From: Carcharhinus longimanus
Taxonomy: Eukaryota
DNA length: 64,000 nucleotides
Direction of reading: 5' to 3'
Assembly (NCBI GenBank): GCA_030264375.1
Contig: JASCQW010000133.1
Location: 43,972,884 to 44,036,883 of the forward strand
The stretch's first letter is position 1; each line of letters opens with the position of its first letter. This document shows, piece after piece, positions 37,725-51,427 of this stretch. The notes under the pieces are model-generated. The model searched no databases, had not been told where the DNA came from, and worked only from the letters and a program-made list of their open reading frames with translations. The translations under genes were made by a program, and so were the position numbers.

Positions 37725-38206
37725 TGTCTAATTTGAGTTTTGTTGAATTTAATTCACTGAGTAGTGGGCATAGGCCGAGTGCATGAAGCTGTGCATAATT
37801 CAGTACTGATTGTTAATATCACAGAGTGGCTGATATAGGAAATGGAAAAAAGAAGTCACACTGTGCAATAGGTCATGCCCTTTCAAAGCTGCAAGTAACA
37901 AAACTTAATAGTGCAAACCTGATCCTCTCCACTTTACCTCATCATTGGTCAACTAAAACCGACTTACAGCAAAGGGTGCTGGGAACAAACACTAAGTTCC
38001 CTGCCCAGCACCAAAATGCCAGACAGATGATGGCCTGTTTTGCTGGAATATTTTTTCATGGATATCACAAGGTCATTATGGAGTCATGCTTAAAATTGAA
38101 CTGTCATCTTTATTCATCTTTGTGTATAATTGCAGTGGACCACTGAATATGAGTGTACCTTGAAGTACTGAACATTCTATTTATTATTAAAAGAATTGAT
38201 ATGCTT

Positions 38207-38417
38207 TGGAGTTGTCTGTGTGGGTTTCCTCTGGGTGCTCTGGTTCTCTCCCAAAGATGTGTGGGTTAGGTTGGTTGGCCATGCTAAATTAACCCTAGTG
38301 TCAGGGGGATTAGCAGGGTAAATATGAGGAGTAATGGGACTAGGGCCTTGGTGGGAATGAGGTTGGTGTTGACTCAATGGGCTGAATGGCCTCCTTCTGC
38401 AATGTGGGGATTCTATA
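38207..38417 (+). mobile_element. HE1-like V-SINE, 5'-truncated
   Basis: gtgggtttcctctgggtgctctgg...ccaaagatgtgtgggttagg...aatggcctccttctgc...gattctat. Confidence 0.8.
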
Positions 38418-38557
38418 TTAGTCAAAACTATGATAGTGTATCCTGTTTGAATGCTCAGTTTCTCATATTGTTGTGATATTCTGCCAATTAAATTCTGAAT
38501 TTGAATCATGTATTTTGCAGTTGATTCATGCATTAGCTGGCTGGCTAATAAACTTAA

Positions 38558-38641
38558 GGGCTGGTATTCTCGGGTCTCTTATGCCCTGCATCCGCTGTCA
38601 GCCAAAACTGTTCACAGCAGCGGGACCAGAGAATCCCAGCC
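38558..38641. mobile_element. Short MITE-like element
   Basis: TIR gggctggtattctc / gagaatcccagcc. Confidence 0.55.
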
Positions 38642-39194
38642 ACAGGTGAGGTTGGACAGTTCCAGCCAAGATTTTTTGCTTTACCACAATATCATCACTA
38701 GTATTCTGTAGAAAAGGATCTGAATAACCAAATCAAATTTACACACATAAAGGGTAATAATGGAGGTCCAAAACATGTTGCAGAGTAGTATTTCAATAGA
38801 ATAGTTTTAATGCCATAAATTGCAAGGGCAAAAGGCAGCTCAATAATGAACAGCAGCAGGATTTGGTTTTTGAATGGCTTTGTTGAATGTAATACTAGAT
38901 TGTTATGTTTTTTAATAAGGTAATTTCATTTTTAAGATTATTTATTTTCTTCAGAATGCACTTGCTGAGTTGAGCAAAGTACAGTAACAAGAATTGGAAG
39001 AGGGTAGAGAGATAACCATGTGTGATTTCATGAGGCACAACATGCCTCTATCAGACAGCACTACCAGGATTTTTCAACAGCTCAATAGAGCAAAATGTGC
39101 TACATTTTGTGAAAGGAAAATTATCATATGTTTATGATATTTCAACAGCATTCTATTTGATACACCACATAGATGGTGCACCATATATATATTC

Positions 39195-39252
39195 AAGTGC
39201 CTTAGGGAGATTTACTGTATTAAAGGTGCTATATAAATGCACTTTGTTGTTG
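39195..39252 (+). mobile_element. L2/DeuSINE-type 3' tail
   Basis: aagtgccttagggagatttactgtattaaaggtgctatataaatgcactttgttgttg; a similar tail lies at ~45735-45790. Confidence 0.6.
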
Positions 39253-39419
39253 ATGTTATGCTGTTTTGCAAAAAGTGTAGTGGCCAGTAAGATGACAAAT
39301 CCACTTGTTTAAATTCCTGTTGCATTATCTATTGCACTAAAAAGGCAAAAGACCTACAATAAACTATTACTTTCAGGTTTAAATAGAACAAATAATGGAA
39401 TGATTGATGATGAGCTGCA

Positions 39420-39637
39420 GCGTGAGATTTTACGCTCTGCACTCCTGCATCTCCCCTACCCTCGGTGTGAATTCCAGTGGCAGACGTGGCCCATCACTGG
39501 CTGCTGGTGGGATTTTCCGGTCTCACTGAGGTGTATTATGTTTCACATGGCTTGTTTGTCCCTCCGCCTGGGAACACGCTGCGTGGGGGCCACTTTCAGC
39601 GGGACTAGAAGATCCTGCCAGCGGGAAATTCCCACCC
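39420..39637. mobile_element. Palindromic MITE-like element
   Basis: Termini gcgtgagatttt / gaaattcccaccc, plus internal inverted pair gctggtgggattttccggtc / gactagaagatcctgccagc. Confidence 0.55.
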
Positions 39638-41339
39638 ATAATACCATCTCACGTGCTGTAGTTTCACCTTGATAAACCTTAATCTTCACCAATCAAGTAT
39701 TGTGCAACAAATCACTTTGTGCTTTAACAATTATACTGTAAAAATCATGCTGAGCAAATAAGCCATTCTAGTTATCTTCCCTACTATCTATACTAATTAG
39801 CCACTAATTTCTGCATCTGTTCCATTCCAGAAAATTCAGGCATGGAACTAATGTGTCTATTTTATTTAATTATAAAAACAGCTAAATCTGCACTATAAAG
39901 CTTCAGTCACATGTTTGTTAATGAGGTTCTGCACAGCAGAATAATGCTGCATTATTCCACAATGTAACATTAAATGCCATTAACATATACTGGAAAAGCT
40001 GCTGATATTTGTTGTTAGTTGTGTTTGTTACTCAACAGATCAAAAGCAGTTATATTCTATATCCATTTACACTGTTATCCCTGATTGTTTTTCAAACAAC
40101 ATGCTTTACTCTGTTCACTTTAAAGAGAGTTCATGCTCTTGAGTACTTCAGATCAATCACCTCTATGAGGTCACCTTGTCTTAGTCTTGAGATTTTTTTC
40201 CTTGGCAGTTCTCTAGTTCACTACAATACCATAATTTAGTCTGTTGCTTTTAGATACTTAGCCAGGAAAATACATTCAAATCTCTTTCAATTTTTGCATT
40301 GGAATTCTGTGCATTTGGTCTAACATGTTACCCTCCAAACACTGGGTGCACCAGATGTGAAATTAACAGTGTGGGGTAGAATGATTCAATGGTTCCAATT
40401 CAACCAGGTTAAACTCTGAGCCTTGGGAGTGTAAGCGTTGGTCCCTATATCCAGGTTCTAGATTATTTATTAAAGCATTCCATTTCAAGCGTGATTGGAG
40501 ATAGGCTCGGATGCTAATGGAAGATGGACATTCATTTTCAGAATGATGGAGAAAAGTAACTTTCCCAAAGATACCTCAATAAAGGGTGGTTTGTGTTAAC
40601 TTGGGCTGGAAAAGCGGTATGCAGCCCACTGGCTGCGCTGCTGGCATTTCCCTCTGAATATTTAGACATTCTGTGTTAAAAAATCCAAGGGGTGGGTCCC
40701 ATGACATGCTGACAGAGCAGGCTTATTCCTGCCAGCAACTTCAGCTTTTAAAACAATAGGGCAGTGCTAGGCAGCAGAGTCGGGGAGAGGGAGTAGTCCT
40801 GGAAGCAATGCAGGGTACTGCCAAGGCATAACCTTCTCCCCCACAGGCTCTTCTCAGCTTTGTGCTTCCAGTCAGTTCTGATTGCCAGGAACACTGCATG
40901 GTGGGCTTGTTGTGATTCACATCAGCAGGAATGGACAACTTAACATAAAGTCCTGATACATATAGTTAAATTGATGCAAACAATATCCTGACTTCTAAAG
41001 TCGCAATTCCCATTATGTCATTGGTGGGGGGCAGTGACATTCAAGCAGGGAAATGCTGCTGATGTAAAAGCTGCTTCAGGACTCTCATTCGATTCTCTGC
41101 CCCCAACCCCCGCCCGCCATTCCTGCCCCCATAAAATGGGACCAGAAATCCTCCCCCCCGACTGCCCCACAAGTTTTCAGGGCCAGGGAACAGGTAAACT
41201 AACATTCAAACTTCAGAGCTAGTTCATTTTTTTCAACCTTAGAACAGGAAGAGTGAACATTTAGATTTAGTTAATTAATTAATCCTCAAGAGAGAATGTA
41301 AATGCTCTGGTGGCTCAGATTTACTATTGGGCCGGCCAG

Positions 41340-41640
41340 TTTGTATCCACTGGAGTTAAGAAGAATAACAGGCAATTTGATTGAAACATAAAAAATTCTG
41401 AGGGGTCTTGACAGGATCGATGTGGAGAGGATGTTTCGTCTTGTGGGAGAAGTGAAAACTAGAGTTTAGAAATAGGTTTTTGAATATTTTCAAGGCAGAC
41501 TTACATAGATTCTTGATAAACGGTGGTGGTGGTGGTGAAGGGTTACCGAGGATGTTAAAGTCACATTAGCAACAATCGTATTGAATGGCAGAGCAGGCTC
41601 AAAGGGCCAAATGCCCTACTCCTGCTCTGAGTTCATATGT
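41340..41640 (+). mobile_element. CR1 3' fragment
   Basis: ttgattgaaacataaaaaattctgaggggtcttgacagg (LIET.KILRGLDR) and the 3' UTR gaatggcagagcaggctcaaagggcc. Confidence 0.75.
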
Positions 41641-41829
41641 TGGCTTACACAGAAGATGAAGAATGTATGAACAGACTCTTTGGAAGGCAATGGAGTCAGA
41701 TGAAGTTGACAGTGGAGTCAGATGAAGTCAACAGACTCACAAGAGATGGTTAGTTTATTGGTGAAATGAAGTGAGGAATTTGAGTACGAGGGAAGGAGGA
41801 CAATCTTGCATTCACATTAGAAGGTATTC

Positions 41830-42960
41830 GACTAGATCATGACTGGTCTTCCACCCAACTTCACTTTCTCACACTACCCCTATATCTCTTCAATTCTTTG
41901 GTACTCAAAAATCTATCAACCACTGTCTTTAATGTACTCAAAGACAGAGTAGCCACAACCTTCTAGGATACAGAACTCCAAAGATTCACAGCCATTTAAT
42001 TGAAGCAATTTCTCCTCAATTCAGCCCTAAAAAGTTGACCTTTTATTCTGAGACTATGATCCTGTTCTAAATTCCTGAGCCAGGGCAATAATTTCTCAGC
42101 ATCTATCCTGTCAGGTTCCTAAAGAATTTATATGTTTCAATTAGATCAGCTTGCATTCTTCTAAACTCTAGGGTATTAAGCTTTAGTGTACTACAATCTC
42201 CCTCAGTGGTCAATCTCCTTATTCCAGGAATCAGTCAAGTGAACCTTTATTGCATTCCATTTGGGGGCAAGTACATCCTTGAGACCAAATCTGCACGCAG
42301 GACTCCATGTGTGGCCTCATCAATGTCATGTATAATTGTAGCAAGGCCTCTTTACTCTATACGCCAATCCCTTTGTAACAAAAACTAACATACCCTTTGC
42401 CTTCCTAATTGCTTATTATATGCTAGCTTTCTGCGGTTCATGCACAAGGCTTCTCAGAAGGCAAACATTCCCCCATCTCTCTCCATTTTAAAAAAAATCT
42501 GCTTTCTTACTTTTCCTACCAACATGGATAACTTTATTGCATTGTACTCCATCTGTCACGTTCTTGTCCACTATCTTATCTCTATCTTTTGCTGCCTCTT
42601 TGCATTCTCACCATTTACTTTCCTACTTAACTTTGTATTGTAAGTAAGCTTTGAAAAATTACACCCAGCCCCTTTATTTAAGTGATAAATAGATTGTAAA
42701 AAAAAAGGCCTAAGAATTGATCCTTGCAGTACACCACTGATTACAGCCTACTTATTCCTACTGTTCATTAACTAATCTTCAATGCATGCTAATATTACCC
42801 CAAATCCCATGAGTCCTAATTTGGTGTAATAACCTCTTATGTTTTTGGAACATACAGATTTACTACACCTGCCAGATTTTTCTATTCATCTCACTAGGTA
42901 CATCCTCAAAAAAACCAAATGATTTTTCAAACATAATTTCCCTTTCATAAATCCAATGCA
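41830..42960 (-). mobile_element. Degraded CR1 ORF2 fragment
   Basis: Minus strand has gtggtgtactgcaaggatca (GVxQGS), gcaattaggaaggcaaa (AIRKA) and FSxRxVNLWxSV-like relics. Confidence 0.7.
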
Positions 42961-42979
42961 ACACTACACAGTGATCACA

Positions 42980-43262
42980 GGCCACGCTGAAGCACTTCAT
43001 AAACAATAAATTACTTTTGTGTTGTCAGTGATCTGATGTACAAATAAAGTTGCCAATTAGTACACAGGAAGGTCCAAAAACAGCAGATGAGTTACATTAT
43101 CCATTATTTCTTTTTGGTGGTGTTAATTGAGGGAGGAGGAATGTTGACTTGGATAGTGGCAGAATCTGATAATCTACAAACAGCGCCATGGAATCTTTGA
43201 CTAGACCACAAAGATGGGGCCATAGCTTAACATATCATTTGAAACATTGCACCTTGTAACTA
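42980..43262 (-). mobile_element. Ancient DeuSINE-like (SacSINE1/AmnSINE-type) relic
   Basis: gcacttca..aat.aattacttttg...gccaatt.gtacacag.aagg.cc..aaacagca...gccatggaatcttt...gggcc..gcttaacat.tcat.tgaaa; a weaker copy lies at ~46610-46760. Confidence 0.5.
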
Positions 43263-45980
43263 CACTAATTGAGATGTGTTTGTTGCCGGCCCTGCCAACG
43301 ACATAACTGGTTCCGGGGAGGGGGAACAGGGCTTCCTTTGGGGAGGTCCTCTATGTCCAGTGGAGGGTGGGGGAGAAAAAGTCGAATCTTTGGTGTTACT
43401 TTTCATCCTATGAGATCAGGGCATCCTTCAAATCGGCCCCAATCTCTGGAAGATCAATGTTGTTGGCATAGACTCTGAAAGAGCTATTCCCGTCAGCGTG
43501 GAACCCGCCTCCAGCATTTTTATTCCAGTGTGTTTAAAAATTCAGTGGGAGAAGCTGACAGCAGAGTTAGCGGGCTACACATCACTTTTCAAATTCTGCC
43601 CAACGTTTTATTTTAAACATGAGGAAACATCAGATTGGACTCCACCCCCGAACATTTCAAAATAATCCATGTTGTGTTTCACCTGCTGCCCAAGATTGTG
43701 GGCTGTAACTTTCAAGCTCCTTAGGGTCCAATTGGAGGGGTAACTCAAAAATGTGCAGTAGATTCCCTCTCAGAACTACACAGGTAAAATATTTATAGGA
43801 TGGTGCGCATGGCAATTGCCTTGCACTGGGAATCATCCGAAAAAGCAATTTAAACTGCAAACTTTGGATCTTTGTACCAGGGTTACATCAATCATTACAC
43901 AGAAAAAGTTAGAATTAAACCCTCTTCTAACTTCTGGTTAACTATTAGACCCTGAATGATCCCTCCATGGAACCNNNNNNNNNNNNNNNNNNNNNNNNNN
44001 NNNNNNNNNNNNNNNNNNNNNNNNNNNNNNNNNNNNNNNNNNNNNNNNNNNNNNNNNNNNNNNNNNNNNNNNNNNNNNNNNNNNNNNNNNNNNNNNNNNN
44101 NTGGCATCTCGACTTCTCTTCGCCCATCCACCAAGGTCTGACCACCACCCCCCTCCCCCCTCCATGGATCTTTGATCCCCTTACCCCCCAAATCCTATCC
44201 ACTTATCCTTAAAGGTGTGTCAAGGATCTTTAAATTTCTACAGGACCTTTAACTGGTTTATAGCAGATAGCTCCATAGAAAAAAGGGTGTGTCCTGTTTC
44301 ACTTTGACAGAGCTTGACTTAAATGCTGGGCCTTGAGGATGTGCAGTGCTGCCTGGATCTCACAGCCTGAGTTGGAAGGTCAGGCAAGACAGGATCGGAA
44401 GGTAAATCACCTAAGTAATTTGGCACAAAGTGACAATCCAATGCTGATTGGGCCATAACATCCTCAGAGTGGCAATGTAGCTCAGATTAGGAATTAAACC
44501 CACATGGATCAAATTCCCACTGGATAATATTTGCCAATGGGGTTATGATGAAGCTCAGTGATTTTTAATTTACTGTGACATGACTGAACTATGTGATAAA
44601 TACACTGCATTCACCAGATCATTTGTTGCACATAAATTGAGAATTTAGCTCTGCTAGACTTACAGAAGCGGGATTCAATAGGGTGATCTTAAATTACTTT
44701 GATTAGATAGAGCAGCTTCATTTGGTATAGTAAATCTTAAATTAATTTGAATTTAAAAATTATACAAACAGGGATTTAGAGAAGTAATTGTAGTAGAATA
44801 TTAATGTAATTTTAATGCTGCAAACTTTATTTTCTCCAACTTTTTAATAAACATCCTGAAGATTTTGCTGAAATGCAGATAAATAGTGCCTGAGAATCCA
44901 AATTGTCACTGAACTTTATGGGTGTAACCTTACCTTTAACAAATAGCAATACATTTTGAAATTGTCAACATGCTCTGCTACAAGGCATGGTGTAAGAAAA
45001 TCACTGGCAACTATAACTGACCAAGATAAATGTTGAGGGTCACTTTAATTCTTATCAGCAATTGCATTTCATTTCACTCTGCAATTTTGCATTATTCTGA
45101 CAATGCCCAGAATCTATACTTATGCTCCTGGTATTTACTCTCAATGACTTTAATAGTTAAGAACAACAGAAGTGATATATATTGGTAAGTCTACAAAAGA
45201 ATGAGATGATGGTAGGACCCAATAGCAATTTGTTAAAAAAAATGATAAATCAGTTACACGTCTTCATGAATTCTGTACTGCACAGCACAGGCTGAGCCTT
45301 GCTTTTCTAATTACTTTTTAAAATAGTTCCATACTTTTTCACTGTTTGATCTATAAAGATGTTTCAACTTTGAAACTGTTTTTACATTGCTCATTCATTA
45401 CCACACAGGCAGGTATTGCTATAAGAGGTATGCATAATGCAAGATATATGCCCTTCTGGGACCTCTCACTAAATCACTGGTCAGTTCTTGGGGCGGCTGC
45501 AGTGGAGGGCAGGGCATGCCTGCTCACATGGCCTGGGGTTCTGAAACAGCCTCAGGGTTCTAACTGTAAAATACAGCAGTCTTAGTACAATTCCAATGTG
45601 ATAGTTACAGGCCATGGCAATGTTACTGAGAAATTAGGACTGCTATTGTAAACTGTGGTAATCTCCATTTAGAACGGGAACAGTAAAATTAGTTCACTAA
45701 ATACAATCTATAAAATGATGTAATTATCAGTCAGTGCTTTGGGACACCTGAAGGACATAAAAGGTGCTATACAAATTAAAGTCTGTTCTTTCTTCCTGGG
45801 TGTATCTCAAGATCTGACTGCAATTACAGGCAGTACTTGTCATCATGATATGATTCAAAAAGATACATAATTGGCTCATGTCAGATACATATCAGACTCA
45901 TGCAAGACGACAAATGTAACACAGAAACATGAAGGTATGGTTTCCAAACTGTATCATCCATCCAGATACATTCACAGTTT

Positions 45981-46050
45981 AAATGGCGGGGCAGGCTCGA
46001 AGGGCTAGATGGCCTACTCCTGCTCCTATTTCTTATGTTCTTATGTTCTT
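45981..46050 (+). mobile_element. CR1 3' terminus with (TTCTTATG)n tail
   Basis: ggcaggctcgaagggctagatggcctactcctgctcctatttcttatgttcttatgttctta; a reverse copy lies at ~50697-50740. Confidence 0.8.
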
Positions 46051-46061
46051 AAATCAACAAC

Positions 46062-46430
46062 TTATATAGGACTTTTAATGTAATGAACTGCCCAAGACTC
46101 TTCACAGAAGCATTACCAAACAATATACAACACCAAGCCACATAAGGAGATATTAGGTCAGATGACCAAAAGCTTGGTCAAAAAGGAAGATTTTAAGAAG
46201 CGTCTTAAAGGAAGCAAATGAGGTGGCGGGGTGGAGACATGTAGGGAGAGAAATGGGGCCTCCGCAACTGAAGACTACCAATGGTGGTGCAATTATGATT
46301 GACAAGAATCAATAATTAGAGTACAGGAACCACAGAAGGCTGTGGCACTGGAGATGACAGTGATGGGGAGGAGGAAGGCTAAGGAGGGATTTGAAAACAA
46401 GACAGAATTTTAAAATCAAGGTGTCGCTTG
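46062..46430 (-). mobile_element. L2-type LINE 3' fragment
   Basis: ggagatattaggtcagatgaccaaaagcttggtcaaaaagg..ttttaagaagcgtcttaaagga, homologous to the 10470 copy. Confidence 0.7.
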
Positions 46431-47169
46431 AGCTATCTACAGTAAACAATTAAAAAATACCTTGTCAACTTATTTCCATTATCAATTCTTAAGTCTATGT
46501 TTATAATGGAAACTGCTATGTAAATGTGTTATGCTGTAATTATATCTTCACAGTACAAATCTAGTGCCTCAGTTTTGCAATTTACAGCTCCCCAGTCTGT
46601 TGTACCAAGAAACTTCTATGTTTCAGCAAACACTATTTTTTGCTTCCCAGTGGTATTGCTATCTGTTACCAGCACAGCAATGTGCAATTGCAAGACAAAT
46701 TTACACAAACAAGTTCCATTAGAAACAAAGGAGCTTACATGACAGAATGAATGACTGAAATACATCGGCATACCCCAATTCACTGAAACCTTTTACCATA
46801 TTTCACCTCAATGTTATAACTGTTCTTCCTGTGTCAATGCCACAGAAGACAGACTAGTATTACACACTACTTTCAAAAATTACCACAATTTATTGCAAAT
46901 ATAAAACATTAACTGTATCAAATGATATGAGGATTGGCATACAAACATGTGAATTTTGAGTTATCACTGAACACGATAATTCTAAAAATGGTTGATCATA
47001 TGACCAAATTAATAGACATTTATCTTGCATAACTGAAAGGCACTTCTTCTATGAGTTAAAGCTCTGTTGTCTTGAGAATTATACTAAAGGCCCTTTGGTT
47101 GCTCTGTCACTATTAGTTTTGGCATGGGGAGGGTGCAACATTATCTAAACAGTTCTACTTATAGCTGCA

Positions 47170-48490
47170 CAGGTCATGGAATCAAAGTGAAAAAGCCATT
47201 CAGTCCACTGTGCTTCTTTTTAAAAAGTTATCCAATTAGCCACATTCCTGGTCTCTTCCACCAAAGCTCTGAAAGTATTTCCCTTCAAGAACTTATCCAA
47301 TTCCCTTTTGAAAGTTAGCACAAAATTTGCTTCCATCCCTCGCCTTTCCGACAATGTATTCAAAATCATAAAAACTCAGTGTAGAAAAAATTCTCTTAGG
47401 TTCTGTTAAAAAATTGCCTAAATCTGTGTCCTTTTGCCTTCTGATCTTTGCTAACAGAAAGTTTCTCATGATCTACTCTATCAAAACTCTTCATGATTTT
47501 GAACACCTCTTCAATCTCCCCTTAATCTTCTCTGCTCTCCAGAGAGCAATTCCAGCTTCTCTCCGTGTAACTGGCCCCACATCACTGGTACCATTATCAT
47601 ACATTTCCCTTGCACCCTTCTCTTAGACCTTGGAATCTTTTCTAAAGCTTGTTGCTCAATTCCAGTTGGGGCATAACTAGTGATTTATAAAGGTTCAGCA
47701 TCCCCTTGCTTTTGTTTGACCAGGCAAGGATTGCGTATGCTCTTTTTTTTAAAGACAGGGTTCTCAACTTTTCTTGCCAGCTTCAAAGGTTTGTAAAAAT
47801 ATCACCCCAACTGCTCCTGCGTCCCTTTTAAAGATGCATCATTTAATTTATATTTCATATTCTCATTCCTCCCATCAAAATGCACGATTTCACAATTTTC
47901 ATGTTGGCACAGTGGTTGGCACTGCTGCCTCAGAGCACCAGGGACGTGGGTCCAATTTTGGCTTTGGGTGACTGTGTGGAGTTTACACGTTCTCCCTGTG
48001 TCTGCATGGGTTACATCCGGGTGCTCTGATTTCCTCCCACAGTTCAAAGATGTACAGTTAGGCTCATTGGACATGCAAAATTGTCGCTTAGTGTCAGGGG
48101 GATTAGCAGGGTAAATGCGAGGAGTTACGGGGATGGAGCCTAGGTGGGATTGTTGTTGGTGCAGGCTTGATAGGCTGAATGTCTCCTTCTGCACTGTAGA
48201 TTCTATGATCCTATGAAATTACATCGGCCATATGTCTATTTTGTGGCACTTTGTCAAATACTTTGGAAAGTCCATACACAATACAAACACTCTACCTTCA
48301 TGAACCTGTTCAGTTACTTCACCAAAGAGGTCTCAAGTTTGTGAAACATGATTAGCTTATACCAAATCAATGTTGGTTGCTATTTATTAATTATTTTTCC
48401 AAATGTCAATTAATTTTAAGTTTGATTATAATCTCTCAAAGTTTCCTCACCACTGACGTTAGCCTGACCAGCCTGAAATTGACAGATTTT
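47170..48490 (-). mobile_element. Old CR1 fragment interrupted by an HE1-like SINE
   Basis: CR1 3' end relic (gaaaaagccattcagtcc); the YMDF.K.FDKV-like motif atggactttccaaagtatttgacaaagtgc lies on minus at ~48247-48276. Confidence 0.55.
47901..48215 (+). mobile_element. HE1-like V-SINE, full length
   Basis: tggcacagtggttggcactgctgcctca...tgtgtggagtttacacgttctccc...tttcctcccacagttcaaagatgt...ttctatgatcctatg. Confidence 0.85.
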
Positions 48491-49763
48491 CCCTTTACTC
48501 AAACTGCCCAAAAGGAGTTATTTCTCAATGATGTGTCTTCATCACATGACATTCTCCTTCTCCCAGACCTGGAGCTTTTTACGACTATAAAGTGCTGCAA
48601 TCCTGTAAAGAGCAAATAAAATCCATCCACCGAGCCAGGGCAGCCAGGTACAAAAGTCAGTCAAATACAGATTCAAAGCTTTGGTTCTCTGATTGAAATT
48701 TTATAAGTCTGATGAAAAACCTATGAAGTTATCTTCTTACATTTTGGGTACATGCAAATTAAGAAAATATACAAAATTATTGAAAGATCAATTTGATCCA
48801 CGTTAGAGAACTGTAGCTTTAAAAATTAATAGCTACTGTAGTTACTGCCCAGGAAAAAAACATAAATTGGCATTAGATAGAAGGTCCTCCTCATAAATAG
48901 CACTTCGATACTTCGCAAGTGCAATGGCATTAGACTGCACTGAAATAGCCAGAAGAAACCTGTGACCTATTCTCTCAAAAATATAACTCAACAGTCATAG
49001 CAGCAGAGTCTTGAAAGAATGAATCTGTGTAGTGCCTTTGCCACATGAATTAAAAAAAAATGAACAGCCCCCATATCGTGATGTGTCCCAGAGGAGTCCC
49101 AGTCAGCCATTCTCCTTTCCCTCTATCCATCATATTCACACAAATCCCAGAGGTGGACCAGTTTCTGAGGACTTGCGTAGCGCATTATCCTCAAGCTTAA
49201 CAATCCAATATCAGTGTAGCTGGGGATAATTACTTTCCATTGATGATAAAATGCCCCAAACCCTGTCATGCATAGTAATTTGCATCTTACAGCATTCAAG
49301 ATCAATAGAAACATAGAACAGTGAAGGCTTTCTAAAAAAAAAAGGCAGCAGGCAATGCATGAGGTGGACTTTACTGGTTAGAAACTGAGGAACGGGTCAC
49401 TAACAAAGGAATGAATATATAAAATTGAAGGGCAATCAGGACAGACAGATAATAAAATAATATTGTTAAGCATAAATAATAAAAAGAATGAAACTAGGAA
49501 CAGTGATTCGGTCCATTTGAGGGAAGAAAAATCAGGGCACTTGTCACTGAGTGGAATAGAGATAACCACTCGAGATTAGACTGGTATTAAATATTGGATT
49601 ACCAAACAAAATATATAATCCATTTAAAGGCGCTGATGGCAGTTCTCTGAAGCACATTTATTTGCAGCCTACGGTTCAACAACCGGCATTATAACTCCAT
49701 TTCTCATCATTAAGAGAGCTGTATCAATGTCACAGTAGTCTGCAAGAGAAGAGGTCAGCTTAC

Positions 49764-49946
49764 CAAAAGGACTGCATTCATCAGGGACAGACAGCCGCTG
49801 AGGAGCAACCACGGCCACTGTCTGTTGGAGCATTTCACACAGAGTGGTGGTTTGTGCAAAGGACATAGTACTTCAGCATCACAGCAGGACAGTACAGACC
49901 AATATGTCCACCCCGAGGGACACTGAGATGAGAACATCATTTTCAG
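49764..49946 (-). other. Candidate exon (183 nt) or alternative first coding exon
   Basis: Donor TTG|gtaagc and moderate acceptor ctcctacacag|. The ATG at 49866 (actATGt) gives MSFAQTTTLCEMLQQTVAVVAPQRLSVPDECSPF up to a phase-1 donor. Frame 0 is also open for 61 codons. Locally CpG-retaining unique sequence. Confidence 0.45.
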
Positions 49947-50265
49947 CTGTGTAGGAGTTTTGGAGAATACTAATGTGCATGTGGATGCATCTTTGCAAAA
50001 TGTCATTTTTAAATATGAAAGCTGAAGCTTTCCATTATGTGAAAATGAAAAAGAACTTCAACGTCTGCAAGTGTGACCTCCATTAACATGTTATATTAAA
50101 TATTAAGCCATTAAGAAGCATTCATCAAATTCCTCAGAAACAAGAATCTGATATTAGTATTAAACCAAAAGGAAGAAAGATGAAAGTTGCTTTTTTTTTA
50201 ATCCTTGCATCTATATAAAGTGGAACTTACCTCAATGGGAGTTATGACTAGACATCTCATCTTCG

Positions 50266-50310
50266 ATAAAAGCAAAATACTGTGGATGTTGGAAATCTGA
50301 AATAAAACTG
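50266..50310 (-). mobile_element. Terminal fragment of the second inverted-end family
   Basis: ataaaagcaaaatactgtggatgttggaaatctgaaataaaa is the reverse complement of the tail at 55487-55529. Confidence 0.6.
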
Positions 50311-51427
50311 CAAAAAAATGGAACACCTAGCTTCAACCTTTTCCCTGAATCTGTTTATGTTCATGTTCTTTTCTGGTTACTTCTCTATCCTTCCTCTCCA
50401 TAGTGTAAACTGACACCCATTGGCACTATTCCCAGAGCAGCAAGACTAACATTTACCTGTCCTCAGGTAAAAGCACCGAGTGCTGTGTATTGAGCTCCAT
50501 GAAGGCCTAAATTTTCAGCCTGGTCTTGATCAAGATAGTTGATCTCAGCAAAGGCAGCACTAGAGGTACTGCCACTGATCTAATTATCACTGGGATAGAG
50601 ATATGAAAACATTGCGATAGAGATATGAAAAGATTGTTAGTGATCCAGCCAGCCTGATGGAAATATGTGGACAACACTTGGATCACTTTTGGGGTTAAGA
50701 AATAGGAGCAGGAGTAGGCCATCTAGCCCTTTGAGCCTGTGATTGAATAACCTACCAACATAATGGCCATTTGCACCATGTTGTTATTACTGCACCCTTA
50801 CTGTACTGAGTAAGAAACATTTGCTGAAAAACACCTGATTACCAGTGATTTCACCTCTGATATAGCAATGTATGAGCAAATAATGTATCAAATGCATCTT
50901 ACATAAAATTACTAAGTTTTCCCAGTATGAGGTCTACGGAAAAAAATCACAATTGCATCGTTGGATGATATGCATTCAGCTCCATATTTAAAGGGATATT
51001 CATAGTGCATACTGTTTTCGGATGGCAATGTCCTGTGGTCCAGCTGGGTTCATTAGCCTTTGTGGCTTTTATGTTTAAAACTTCTGCAATACAAACACAG
51101 CATGGTGGCAACTATACTTTCAGCACTTGCACACTACCTTTTTTTCAATTTCCATAATTTGTTTGCCAGGATGAAACAGCTGGTTTTAGCACGTGGAGCC
51201 AGTCCATGGAGGAGATTCTGCTGGGATTCTAACTAAAATACATCAATCCAAAAGTGCTTTTGTATTGGTGATTCGAGGAGAGGAGTGGTGAATTACAACA
51301 TCAAATTCTCCAGTGACTCCCAAAGCCAGCAACCTACCGATAAGGGAAACCAACTTTTGTATATTTAACAAATATAATCTAATGTATTATCAGTTCAAAA
51401 CATGACTAATTCCAGGTTCTTGGAGCT

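Noticed and set aside
41691-41733. 22-bp tandem duplications (also ~50593-50636) and the short repeat at ~60719-60780
   Set aside because: Two-copy slippage duplications without spacers; not CRISPR-like or otherwise structured arrays.
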